Shown here: piece by piece, positions 25,963 through 39,409 of the stretch
Numbering within the stretch: position 1 is the stretch's first letter
Layout: each line of letters begins with the position of its first letter
Source of the DNA: Eledone cirrhosa
Taxonomy: Eukaryota
Length of the DNA stretch: 64,000 nt
Direction: 5' to 3'
NCBI GenBank assembly: GCA_964016885.1
Contig: OZ024745.1
Location: forward strand, 32,240,001-32,304,000
Position numbers and translations under genes: made by a program
The notes under the pieces: model-generated
The model's input: only the letters and a program-made list of their open reading frames with translations
What the model was told of the DNA's origin: nothing
Database searches by the model: none

Positions 25963-26322
25963 GATATTAATAAATGGAAACTATATTTATAAAACCATAT
26001 TTATTTCATTATACATATTTCAGGGATACCATATTAAATTATGGTATGCCTTCATCAGACAAAATACAATATATGACAGTTTTACAAATAGCTTTGACGT
26101 ACCCTTTTAAAATACAACCATTACTTTTGGAGGCTATCCAGACAGCCTCCAAAAGTAATGGTTGTATTTTAAAAGGGTACGTCAAAGCTATTTGTAAAAC
26201 TGTCATATATTGTATTTTGTCTGATGAAGGCATACCATAATTTAATATGGTATCCCTGAAATATGTATAATGAAATAAATATGGTTTTATAAATATAGTT
26301 TCCATTTATTAATATCGTATAT
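25957..26322. repeat. Near-perfect palindrome (~180-bp arms) with a hammerhead-like motif in each arm
   Basis: Mirror ORFs 25974+ and 26305- are identical up to the centre at 26139/26140. The arm contains CTGATGA-agg-c-ataccata..tatggtat-c-cct-GAAA-tatg-TA..aataaa. Confidence 0.95.
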
Positions 26323-26409
26323 CTACTCCAAATACTTGTCGAGTGCTTTATATCAGTTATAAAAATATTTACTTGTTGCATCCCAACAACTTTAAATAGA
26401 ACTTTTGCA

Positions 26410-26458
<49 letters not shown>

Positions 26459-26574
26459 ATGTGTGTGTGTGCATGTATTGTAGTAAAACTTGATATAAAA
26501 TATCCAAGGGTTTAGAACACCCAGTCCGTGGGACAAGTTACGTATAATCAGATCACAACAGATGATCATATACA

Positions 26575-27060
26575 TATCATCATCATCATCATCGTTTAAC
26601 ATCTATCTTCCATGCTAGCATGGGTTAGATGGGCGTTGTCCCACTAGAGGCAAGATTGGTCAGGTAACCGTGTCTCGCTCGTATAGGACTATCTGGCAGG
26701 TTTTCTACGGCTGGATGCCCTTCCTAACACTAACCAGATTTACAGTGTGGACTGGGAACTTTTTACTGTGTTACCTACATGGCCACATTACAGCGTGGAC
26801 TGTGTGTGTTTTTTGTCATGACACCTACACAATCTCGATCTCATTTTCTCATTAGTTTGGACTGGATGTTGTGGTACCAACATAATTTTACAGAGAAAGG
26901 GTGGTGTTGGTGGGAGTGGGAGGATGGAGTAGGGGTAGTGGGGTGGGTTTATATTTGGTGAAGAGGTGCCTACAGACTGTAGATTTCGCTTTGTACATAG
27001 GCAAGGCGGGTCTCTGTATTACTGCTGAGTGTGGGATTGGAATCACTACAGAATGAGCCC
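26575..27060 (-). mobile_element. RTE family-1 3' end (older copy)
   Basis: Reverse-complement match to ~10340-10760. Confidence 0.85.
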
Positions 27061-27349
27061 TCAATATATACATAGAGTTAAATATTTCATATAACGGCAT
27101 AGAAGGTAGCATATGTTAAAACCAGCCACATTTTGTCATGTTCTCTTCATAGTTCTGATTAATTATGTTATATTATATCAAGCCTTTTCATATTACACTA
27201 CTTAATTACATTATAGATAATTGGTGGCCAATAAGGCAAGGCTGATTCATTGATAATCTGTAATTTACCAGTTTCTTCTTTGGTGCATCCTTAATACATA
27301 CACACACATACACACACATATATACATATATATATATATATTGATATGA

Positions 27350-27670
27350 TGTTGCTAGTTAAGACTAGTATGACCATCCATTATTAATCAACTTAATACT
27401 CTGTACTTGTGTAATGTTACCACCGACCACTCTAACAAGGCATTCATAAGACTCACAGCCAGTGAATTCAGAACTAAATTATACAAACATCAATACAGCT
27501 TGTGTAACCCAGCCCAGAAACAAGGTTAAGGCTTGTACAGAGAATATGCCATCTACACAACCTATGCTCTGAAGAGACCATAAATATATTGTTTGCCAAA
27601 GAACAACTCTTAAAAAAAAAAATTGTCACAACATGTAGATGCAGGATATACAAAATATACCTCAACCACA
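27350..27670 (+). pseudogene. Decayed Penelope-like GIY-YIG endonuclease remnant
   Basis: TLYLCNVTTDHSNKAFIRLTASEFRTKLYKHQYSL and HNLCSEETINILF..QLLKKKIVTTCR resemble the PLE pattern VIY...YIG.T..FK.R...H / CNLC.EE...LN.....CRH. Confidence 0.6.
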
Positions 27671-28001
27671 AGCTCATCCATGACCCTGGAGCATAAGAAA
27701 CTGTGTTACTATTACACACTCACATACACAACAAACCTTTATACATCCAAAACCTATAACCCATACCAGTTATAACATATGCGTTTACACATGGCATAAT
27801 AAATACATACCCAACAATTTGAACAACACTTAAGTAAAAGCCACCCCAACATACTAGAAAGGAGGCATACACCTCCACTTAGCACTTTACTAATACACCA
27901 ACCATAATGCCCTAATCTTTTCTGTAGACTAGTGTATACATAAGAATAAATATACTGATTGCTACCACATAAGTAGACACCAATATTTACAGCCTTCTGC
28001 C

Positions 28002-28221
28002 GGGCGGTGGATTGGCAGTATCGGTAGAGAATCAGACGCCATGCTTTGCAGCAAAGAGTTACGGCCCTTTATGATCTGAGTTCAAATCCCGCCGAGGTTA
28101 ACTTTGCCTTTCATCCTCACGGAGTTGATAAAATAAAGTACCAGTCACGCACTGGGGTCGATTTAATTGATTTTCCCCTCCCCCCAAATCACTGGCCTTG
28201 TGCCTATATAAGAAACCAATA
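28002..28221 (+). mobile_element. tRNA-derived SINE (full length) with probable target-site duplication
   Basis: SINE consensus flanked on both sides by accaatatttacagccttctgc (27979-28000 and 28215-28236). Confidence 0.9.
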
Positions 28222-29971
28222 TTTACAGCCTTCTGCACTAGCTAATAAAATAACAAACAACCAACAACATAGTCCTACACCCACAATGCAAATACAATAG
28301 TCTACCAAATACAAAGAACGACTCTGTATGCAACACCAATACAACATCTACACACAATAACCACCACAGTAAAACAATATATCTACATATATATATTATT
28401 TCCTACTGTTCTAACATTAATTAAAAGACAATGACAACCACATAAACTCATGCAAATAGATAATGGTATCAAAGATGCAGCTCAAAATGAATCAATTGTT
28501 TGTTTAATAGAGAGTGCATAATATTGAAAATGGTGCTATTACAAATGTATAAAGTTCCAAGACATTAAAAAACACATACATGTAGAAGATAGAGAAATGA
28601 ATATTGAAACAAGTTATAAGTATATTAGTGTATCCATGTCAAAAATGACAACAGTTCTATTATAAAGAATGGCACAGCTGTTAAAAGCACAGAGGAAATT
28701 ATTGATAAATGTATTACCTAAAGGCTTCACACATTATATTTAATGATAAAATATTACACTTCCAACTGTGTGTAACGGCTGAGTCCAATAATTTATAGAG
28801 GTGATAGTGCGAGTCACTCATTGAAAATGGTAGATTACAATGATATATAAACATATAGAGACTTCTACAATAAAAAAAAATGTCAGCTTTGTTTGTTCAT
28901 TACATTTTTGTAACTAGTTCACTGGAGAGTCAGCCAGGAGAACATGGATTTTATCTATTTATTGTCATCAACTTCAACTATGGAAGGATATCAACTTTTT
29001 AATTTTATTAAATACTTTCTTTATTTCAATGCAACCATATATTACTGACAAAGATGAATACTTTTAAAATAATGTGACACTAAAATCTTTAGTAATGCAT
29101 TCTCCAAAGCAAGTTAGTTATTAATTAATTTGGCATCAGTTATTTAGTGATCTATTGAGCAATATTTTAACCATATTTACATGTGCTATTGAACTCTTTG
29201 ATGTTTCATTTGCATTATCCTCATTGAATATATTTTTAATTTGGCAGTATTTAAATAATGGAAATATTTGACCATCAAAGATTTACATATCATTATTCTA
29301 AAATATTTGCAGTGAGACTACAAGTCCTGCTAAAGCATCATAAAGCTAACCTCTTCAACCCATTCACACTCTTTTCTTGTTTACCAGTAAAGACAATGTT
29401 ATAAACATCTCGTTCTTCCACTCATTTTCCTTTTATTTGTCATTTGGTAGCCTCCTACTTCCACCACACTATCTTCTTGACACGACAGTGAACAAAAACA
29501 CTAAGACGGTTATTATATGTAGATTATGCCTTTGTATCTGATGCATTATAAATAATTACATCCATCTTTTCATGTTATCAAAGAAGTTTATTTTCATATT
29601 ATTATCCTGTTTGATTTTTATATTTGTTGTTTATCAAATATGAGTTATTTTGTTTCATCTTGTCTGTTTTATTATGTAGAAATTCTGATCAGTGTGTTTC
29701 CAGTGATTTTTATGTTTTGGAGACTTGATGACACAGTCTACAAGACTATATGTGATTTATTATATATTCATCATTAAAGCAAATATTTTGGTTTTCTTTC
29801 TGATCATTGTAGTTTGTCTTTTTACCGAAATACAAGATTAATTTAATCTAGAAGTCCAATGAATCAGCACTAAAACATTACTGGTGACATTTTAACTCAG
29901 ATAGTAGACAGATAAAACTTAACATTTCAATTCATTTATATATGCTAATTTGCCACCCTCATTACATATAT

Positions 29972-30165
29972 TAATAATTGTTTCTACTTTTGGCACAAGG
30001 CCAGCAATTACCCAGTGCATTACTGGTACTTTATTTTATCGACCCCATAAGGATGAAAGGCAAAGTTAACCTCGGTGGAATTTGAACTCAGAATGGCAAG
30101 GGCCGTAACTCTATGCGTCAAAGCATGGCGTCTGACCCTCTACCGATACTGCCAATCCACCGCCC
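29972..30165 (-). mobile_element. tRNA-derived SINE
   Basis: Reverse complement of the SINE consensus. Confidence 0.88.
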
Positions 30166-30864
30166 AGTAATATCAAATAAAAAGTACCCAATCCACACAG
30201 TAAATGTAGTTGGTGTTAGGAAGGGCATCCAACCATGGAAGCCAAGCTAAAACTAGTCCTATATGAGCAAGACACAGTCATCTAATCTGGCTTGTCTCAC
30301 AATGGGACAATTCATCTAACCCATGTTAATGTGGAAAATAAATAGAAAATGCTAGTGTATCAACATTTTAGTCAAAGAATCTGTTTGAAATCTTAGATGT
30401 TAAACGGTGATGATGATGATGATAACTATAAAGCAACAAGGAAGAGTTTCTACATGAAGGTTTGGACTGCTAGAAATATCAGCTAAATGTTTCTCAAATT
30501 AATTTTACAGTTTTATAAAAAGGAAGGAAACAAGGGATAAAGTGGTTCTTAGACATTGTGTAACCATTAAGCAGAATATACACATACTTAGAACATCAAG
30601 AGAAGAGAAACATCACTTTATTCAAATTAACTGCGTCTGTCATTCCCAAAATCTTTTTTTGTAGGCTTTATATATGAAGGATAGTGGTAGATTGGCAGTA
30701 CCAGTAGAACATTAAACACCATGCTTTGCAGCATAGAGTTACGGCCCTTTAGGTTTTGAGTTCAGATCCCACCAAAGTCAATTTTGCCTTTCATCCATTC
30801 AAGGTCGATAAAAAAAAAGTATCAGTCTAGTATTCCAGTCTAGTATCAATTCTTCCTCTACTCC

Positions 30865-31100
30865 ACATCAGTTGTTAGCTGTTGAGACACTGCATCCTTT
30901 AAAACCTCCATGCTTCCTGAGATTCACCAACACTATACCTGATGCCCCCCCCCCCTCCATACACACGCACACATGTATTTCATGACTCGTACACTGTTCA
31001 TTTTCTTGACATTTGAACATTATTCTATGTACTATACATGCACCTTTGATGAGTTGTAGTGCATCTGAGCACTGTACAGAATAATTTCATTATTATTATC
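30865..31100 (+). mobile_element. CR1-group LINE 3' end
   Basis: Matches the reverse complement of 16010-16245. Confidence 0.85.
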
Positions 31101-32675
31101 TCTCTCTCAGTTTCTATCTTTCTTTGGAAGATTCTTTCCACTTTTACATACTTATTTTCCTGTTATGTCCTGATGGATTCATCCCTGATCATATTCCACT
31201 AATTCTCATTCATAGTAGTCTATCATAATGTAATAGGCTAGACCGTTAGCTTATCTTTGTTCATATTTAAATCCCTCAGTCCGCCTGCTGCCATGCTATA
31301 TTAAGTACATTAAAACCAGAGTTATTTTCAAACAAATTTCATACCATTTTCACCAATCTCTTACACACATTCTCTCTACCTCTCTACCCACTCTCTCTCT
31401 CTCTCGATTAAACAGAACTTTTGATTCAAAAGCAATCAACCAACAAGTCTCTTTTTTCATAGGATGAATATTCAGGAGTAAAATAATCAAAGTCATTTTC
31501 AGCTTTACAGGAAAACATTAGCACAGAATTTTTATTTTAATCATTAGTAAACAACTAATTTATAAACATTAGTGCAATATGGAGTAAGACAAACAGCTAA
31601 GTGGTTTACTTCATTGATACTGGTTTGTGTTTATGGCCAAAACATTCAACATCCAATAGTCTAGTCCAGTTGCTTGTTATTTTTAGGTTTTAAAGACCCC
31701 ATCCCTCCCCGAAGGATATTTTATCTATTAAGTGCAGATATAGTCTCAGTTAATAAAAGTTTTGGAACTCACCATAAATGTGACCCTTCCATACTTTTAT
31801 TTGTCTAAGAAAGAAAGCAGGGCCATAGAAAACATAGAAAACATTACAGAACACTCCCCTATAATTCTTTCCTTGGCCATATTATTGAAAATGTTTTCTT
31901 TTTTTCTGCTGACCTAAGTCTGAAATCTGTGACCTCAGATGAACCAGCAGTACCATTGATAGGGGTCGAAACTGCCCAAGTCCATCTCAATGGCCGATGA
32001 CCATGGAGTTCGGTCTTTCGTTTGTATATTTATTTTAGAAAAATACTTTTTTAGGGTTTCCCTTTAAAAAATTGTTTTTTGTTTTGTTTTGTTCGTTGTC
32101 TTGTCTTCTCTTTGTTAATATTCTTATTTGTATATATATATATACATATATAAGTATAAAGGACGATGTGTTCAAGCACATAGCTGCTATAAAATAGAAT
32201 GAAAACCCTTAAAAGATGGAAAAAGAAGTTCCCATATGTTGTTTGAATAAAAGGCAAGATAGTCATGGCTTGAATACTTTTGATAATAGGTTTGTTCAAA
32301 CAGGTTTGACTAGGTTAAACAACAACAAAACTCTAGCAAGTCTATCTTCTAGTACATATTCCAGGCAGATATGTGAATTATGTTACATAAAATGAAGTGG
32401 ATAATCCAAAGTTACACAATTAAGAATCCACAGTGGACTTTACGCCAATACCTATCAGTTGGTTAGCCAATAATTTATATACTTAACCACATTACCTTGC
32501 CTTGTGCTGTTAAAATAAGTTGTTATCTAAGCTTATACTCATGGCAGTGCTGGTGGTGTTAGTAGGAGGAAGGGTGGTGGTATGGTGGTGCTAGTCAGCA
32601 TTTGACAGAAGTTAATTCTGGAAAATCAGAAAATGAAATATATTTCTTATATCATAAAAAGTCAAAAGTAAACTA

Positions 32676-32992
32676 CAGTGGAACCTCGGTTCACAAACTT
32701 AATTCATTTCTGAAGGCTCTTCATCACATGAAATGTTCGTAAACCAAAACTATTTTTCCTATATGAAATGTTAAGAGAGAAATACAGTGAGAGAGAGACT
32801 TTGTGTGAAAGACATAGATATCACCATAGTAACTAACTACACAGCAAGTGATGCTTTCCAGTCGATACTCCTAGCTTGTCACCAATTGTGTGTTCATTAC
32901 ACAAGACTACATTCAATGTCTTATGTTTGGAAAAATTGTTCATGAACCTATTTGTTCATGATGGAAGGTGTTCATAAACAGGGGTTTCACTG
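32676..32992. mobile_element. pogo/Tigger-like MITE
   Basis: TA-CAGTGGAACCTCGGTTCACAAAC ... GTTCATAAACAGGGGTTTCACTG-TA: imperfect TIRs with TA TSD. Confidence 0.8.
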
Positions 32993-33857
32993 TATTCAAC
33001 ATTTTCATGACCCCTTCCCACGGAAACTAATTCTTTTATACATTATCAAGCTGAAAAATGAAAAGCAAAATGTCATTTTATAATTGATCGCTTGACATGA
33101 TGAAGAAAATGCAGCCATGATACAGATATTGAAATAATTCCTTTAAAAGTTTCCAAATTTGCCAAGCCATCACATCTTTTGTTGTATTAGATGGAGTTTA
33201 AGATAAAATAGAAACCACAAAACTTTAAAGAATACAAATATATCGAGAAGATATATAGGAAATTGTCGTATCTTTTTTATTTCCTTATGTGCATAGTAAA
33301 TTAAGCAAAGAACAGTAAATTACAAATTACTATTTCGACCCAATGAAGCACACTGTAGAACTGTTGAACTGAAACAAAGATGTAACAATAACATGGCAAC
33401 AGAAAGAATTGTGTACTCCTCAAACTGTCAGAGTGTACTTCGAACCTGTTGGATTACATTGTATACCCCCGTTTAGCTGAAGCATAAATATATATACACA
33501 CTTGAAACATGTGATTGTGATATGATTGACCATAGTTAAATAGTTAAACAATTATACAGCACTTGTTAGATAGCACTCAATACGAGTTCAATATGTGGCA
33601 TAAATATAAATACCTGTGTGTGTATGTATGTTTGAGTATGTGAATGCATGTATACACACACACATACATATGTATGTACATAAATACATACATACATACA
33701 TACATACATACAACTACATACATACAAACATGACAGTGTTTGTATTATCAACTGTGACTGTGCTGAAATATATTCTACTTGCATAAACATATACATAAAC
33801 ATTTACTCATACACACACATACACACTAAAGCATATACATACATATTATATATATAT

Positions 33858-34335
33858 AGGCGGGTCGGACGCCATGCTTTGACGCATAGAGTTATGTTCC
33901 TTTGCCTTTCATCCTTACGGGGTTGATAAAATAAAGTACCAGTAATGCACTGGGTAATTGCTGGCCTTGTGCCAAAAGTAGAAACATATATATATATATA
34001 AACAACTGACATATTTAAACATATACTGCCTTCATTTTGTTGTGAGTTCTGTTGAAATAAACCAAAGAAGAAATAGAAAAAGAAGAGGAGGGAAAAGAAA
34101 AGAAGAAGTGGAGGTAGAATAATGATAATAAAAATAATGATAATAATAATTGTTTCTACTTTTGGCACAAGGCCAGCAATTACCCAGTGTATTACTGGTA
34201 CTTTATTTTATCGACCCCCGTAAGGATGAAAGGCAAAGTTAACCTCAGCGGGATTTGAACTCAGAATGGCAAGGGCCGTAACTCTGTGCGTCAAAGCATG
34301 GCATCCGACCCTCTACTGATACTGCCAATCCACCA
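33858..34335. mobile_element. Two tRNA-derived SINEs in tail-to-tail orientation (33858-33985 +, 34141-34335 -)
   Basis: Both match the SINE consensus; the first has an internal deletion. Confidence 0.85.
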
Positions 34336-34736
34336 ATAATGAAGAAGGGGATGAGGAGGAGGATGAAAGGGGTTGGAGAAGAAGAGGAGGTGGAGCAATA
34401 ATAATAATGAAGAAGAAGAAAAAGAAAAAGAAAAAGAAGAAGGTGAGAAAATGTCTATTCTTTTAAGCTGATTGAAAATTAACAATAATCTTGTTGTCCT
34501 ATCATCTAACATGTAGTATAATAAGAGAGGGGGAGGGAGGGGGCTAAACAAGGAAATGGAGCCAATCAGCCCTGAGAAGAAAGATATTTACAGACTCTCT
34601 GCTTCTCTCAATATATTAAGAGGTTGGAACAAACAGATTTTAGGTGCTTTCTTAGGTTAATGGATAATCTTGTAATGGAAATGTTCTGAAAAACACATAG
34701 CAGGAAAAGAAAAACCCAGAGCTTATCTGTAATGCC

Positions 34737-34793
<57 letters not shown>

Positions 34794-34854
34794 GAATATG
34801 TATAGAGAGAAAGAAATACATATATGCACAAACACTCACACATACATACATACA

Positions 34855-34890
<36 letters not shown>

Positions 34891-34895
34891 TATAT

Positions 34896-34934
<39 letters not shown>

Positions 34935-37121
34935 AGTCCATAAAAGAGTGTTTGAAAAGGCTACAATAAAAAAAGAACTCAATATAAGATAATGTATAAA
35001 GTACGTTGTTAATATATTAAGGAATTGTACAGTATTTTTTCAAAGGTGAGAAATAAATACATTTTCAACAGCATGTATAGGTATTACAAAAAAAACAACA
35101 TTACTGGTAATGTATTGTAGTTAAAATTAACATTATCGGTCTTTTATTATTAGTAACATTTACAAAAAGATATATTTAAGGTAAAGACATGGTAGAAACA
35201 AAGGAGGTTGGAAACAAAACAGTAAATGAAGGAGAAATTTTTAATTATAACTGATGAAAAAATGTGAACTGGTTGGCAGCGATGAATTTGATATGTAGAA
35301 AATATGGTGAACTGTTATCGATTAACTGAACTGTTAAATTTTGAACAATTTTTTTAATTTTAGAATATTGACAGATTTCTGAAATATGAACAAAGGAAAT
35401 AAGTAGGTTAATTATAAAAATAGTATATTGATAACTAAGTTATTAATGTAAGTTATTCTTTAAACTAAATCCACTATACTATTTCTTCATTTCCTCCAAC
35501 TTCACCAGTAACATAGATTCAGATTTCACCAAATTTGAAAAAAGCTATATATATATGTGTGTGTGGGGGGGGGGGGGTCCTGGGTTCAATCGAGGGTAAC
35601 CTCAGTTTGTAAGGTACTTTGAATGAAACAGTTCTAGGCCTGTAGAAGTCATTTCTATATTAAACATGATATATATATATATTAATATAGAAATATATAT
35701 ATTTCTAAATTAAACATGATATATATATATATATACATATATATATGTGTGTGTGTGTGTGTATCATCATCATTTAATGTCTATTCTCGATGCCTACATG
35801 GCTGTCACAATATGAAGCCAGACAGGTCAGGTGACACCGTCTTGGTCATATCATATCTATGGCATGATGCCTTGCGTAATGCTAATCACCTTACAATGTG
35901 GATCGGGTGCTTTTATATATATTTGAACAATGATAACTATTACTTTTCTGATGTCTATTATTTTTTAATGAGAAAACGTTTTACAAAATGCAATTGCAGT
36001 TGCTCTTTAGTGATCAAAAGTTATCTCACAGAAGTCCTCACTTTTTTACCTAAAGCAATTTTCAAACTGCTTTCCTTTAATATAGTTTTGTGATATAACT
36101 GGGTGTGTGGAGGGAAGCTTATCCAGAAGGGTGCAAATTAAACCAAATCCATTAAAGATAAAATAAATGTAAATAAAATAAATTAAGCGGGGGGGGGGGG
36201 AAGTGAGCCACATATACACACGCACACACATCTGTGTGTCATTGTTTGCTAGATCAGATTTCATATAGAGTTGTGTGTTGTTGATGGTGTACTGAATGTG
36301 TTGTCTTAATTGTCTTAAATGCAAAAGATGTGCTCAAACATTGCTCCCGCATTTACATGGGCCTGGACGGTGTGGGGTAGGATTCTCTGATGAGAAGGTC
36401 ACACAAGGTGCCTCTGCCTCATGACAACCCCACAGACAGAATGGAGTCAGTGTTACCCCAGAGGATGGCAAGTAAAACACATTGGAATAGCCATTCCAAC
36501 CCACAGACCTCACTCCTAGGGAGTAGCCAGCTCTGCCCAAATTGTAGTGAGAAGGGAAGTGGTCCAGGGTCCAAGAACAGCAGTCTACATTGCTACAAGT
36601 TCAATGACAAACCTATAGGAGAGAGACCAATACTTTGATAGCTTGTGCTCTTCAGCTTGTTGGGTAATGAAACCTGTGTGTGTCACCAATTGCACCAGAT
36701 TGACATTGGAAAAGGGTCATTGTACAGTGTCATTGTTTGGAGGTTGAAAAGCAGGTGTTATTATGGTGTTAGGGTGAGGATAACGTGGTGGGGGAGGGCT
36801 GGAATGAAGGGGGTTAACATTTAGAAATATATCTATATCAACAGAAATATATCTATAAATGTACTCTTTCACATATGCACATACACAACATATATATATA
36901 TATGTGTGTGTGTATATACATATATACGCATACACACACACAAAGCACAATGTAAATCAACAATCAGCAAATAAGAAGAACCTTCTTATCAGTAACGTAG
37001 TCTGTAAAAATTGGTTAATAATCAGTCCTCAGTCTATCTGCTGTCACGCTATATTAAGTACATCTATTCATAATGCAATGCTTTTATAACCAGAAGCATT
37101 TTCAGACAAATACCATACCAT

Positions 37122-37263
<142 letters not shown>

Positions 37264-37542
37264 CTTTTGGTTTGAAAGCAATCAACCAACAAGTTTCCTT
37301 TTTCATAGAATGATTATTCAGGAGGGAAATAATCAGTCATTTTTCATCTTTACAGGAAAACATTATCTCAGAATTTTTATTTTAATCATAAGTACAACTA
37401 ATTTGTAAACATTAAGGAATCAAAGGAGCCTTATGGTTGCTTGCCTTCTGGATCGCCGCTTCGCTATAGGAATTTATTTCGTGCTCATATCCATTCACAT
37501 TTTTAAGTCTATTTAGCTAAAACAAAAAATATATAATGATAA

Positions 37543-37762
37543 TTGACACTTTCATTACCATATATCTAATAACATATGTTGTGTTTTAATTGATGAAGAA
37601 AGAATTTGCTAAAATTATAATTTCATTAAGATGGTATTTGTAACATAAAATATTATTATATAAGATTATGTTGAATGGTTTTAATTTAAATAGGAACCCT
37701 TTAAAATGGGATATTTCGTTTTATAGAAACAGAGGCAGTTTTGGACAGATCAAAAAGGTTAA
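37543..37762 (+). mobile_element. TTAA-target (piggyBac-like) MITE
   Basis: ttga-cactttcattacc ... gatcaaaaagg-ttaa. Same family as 43286-43668 and 47626-47862. Confidence 0.6.
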
Positions 37763-38230
37763 ATATATAAAATAGATAGTCAGTTAGCCAGTCTCTCTTC
37801 CTCCCCATGGAGCATTAGACAATGGAAGATTTACACCCAGTATAGTTATAAGCCTGCTGTTGAGCCAGGCTAATAACTACCAGGTCCTCTTCTGCTGTCT
37901 TCAACCAAGTTTTTATAGGTCTGTCTTGCTTACTACACCTCTCTCTGGTTTCCACTTGAGAGAAGCTCACATTGGTTTCTTCGTGAGTATGCATAGGAAT
38001 CACAGATAATCAGAGAAGTTAAGGTCTGTGAGGTTTCCCTAGCCCTATTGGAGGCCATATGTTAGATCCTCCATGGACTTTCTCGTGGTGAAATCTCTCA
38101 TCAACAGGATCAAGAAAGTAGACACTACACATCTCTGATGCTCCCTTAGGATGACATTGAAACTCTAAGGCTTTCCACCATCATTGAATTGGATCAACAG
38201 GAGAAAAAAAGTATAAACTAGAAGGGATCT

Positions 38231-38370
38231 AACAAAGGATGTATGTAGAGGGGAAACAACAAAGGATGTATGTAGAGGGGAAACAACAAAGGATGTATGT
38301 AGAGGGGAAACAACAAAGGATGTATGTAGTGGGTAAAACAACAAAGGATGTATGTAGAGGGGAAACAACA
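38231..38370 (+). repeat. 27-bp tandem repeat x5 (aacaaaggatgtatgtagaggggaaac)
   Basis: Seen directly. Confidence 0.95.
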
Positions 38371-38969
38371 AAACAATGAGTAGAGACACCAGGTGTGTGA
38401 AAAGGAGAGTTGTAGGAGAAACAAGAGGATATGGCTGAAGAAGAAGAGTTAGGAGGTAGAAGTAGTGGTGGTGACAAAAATGACGCTAGGTGTTTGTACA
38501 GAGTCATGAAAGAGCTGACAGAAACAAAAAGTGTTTCATGTGTGACAATGAAGAGTAAGGATGGTCAGACGTTGGTAATGAGCTATGAATAATAAACCGA
38601 AGTGGGGGGGAGGAGGGTAGCATTTTCTAATAGATACTAATTTCATTTTATAATTGATTGCTTAACTTAATGAACATCCAACTATAAAAGAAAAACATAT
38701 TGCAAAAATGTTGAAAGCTTTGAACATTTTCAAAATTTGCTGAGCTGTCATCACATTTATTTTAGAATTTAACAAACAAAAAAAAGATGAAATCAGAAAA
38801 AAAAGCAGAAAAAATTACATAAAAGCAAAATATTCTTTGTTTGATATTTTTCTTTTTGTTTAATGCAACAGAAAATTTATTTTGTTTTAAAAACCAAAAT
38901 TCCAATATATCAATTATAAACCTAAGATACTTGGTTTTCTTTCTCATTTTTTCTTGTTTTGTTTTCTTT

Positions 38970-39003
<34 letters not shown>

Positions 39004-39056
39004 TATGTGTATGTGTGTGTGTGTGTGTGTGTGTATATAAATATACACACACACAC

Positions 39057-39112
<56 letters not shown>

Positions 39113-39409
39113 GTAGTTTAAACCACATGAGAGGAATAATAAGCCCTGCAATCTTTGCAATAAGGAGAAGCAGTGTGTCCTTTTCACTAAAGACATTAAT
39201 AAGTCGCCATTGAGAACATATCAAGGTATATTAAGAAAACATAGAAGAAAAGAAATGACTAAAATGCTTCTCCTTAAATATAGTTAATAGTATTCTCTAT
39301 TGAATTGCTTGTCATAACTTAACATAATTCTGTCCATCACAGAATGAATGAATGTTGTAATTCACTTTCAGAATAATCAACACTGTCACTTATTAAATAG
39401 AGAAAGCGT

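Noticed and set aside
25974-26305. Two near-identical 88-aa ORFs on opposite strands
   Set aside because: A consequence of the palindrome; no recognisable protein features.
28400-29600. Possible decayed hAT-like transposase (also 1700-2550)
   Set aside because: The composition is suggestive, but I could not read any diagnostic motif or TIR by eye. It needs a translated search.
36330-36640. GC-richer segment with tgtggggt/accccaca stem and ctgatga as a ribozyme
   Set aside because: No properly placed GAAA/UH for a hammerhead and no consistent HDV pseudoknot; probably an unclassified TE fragment.
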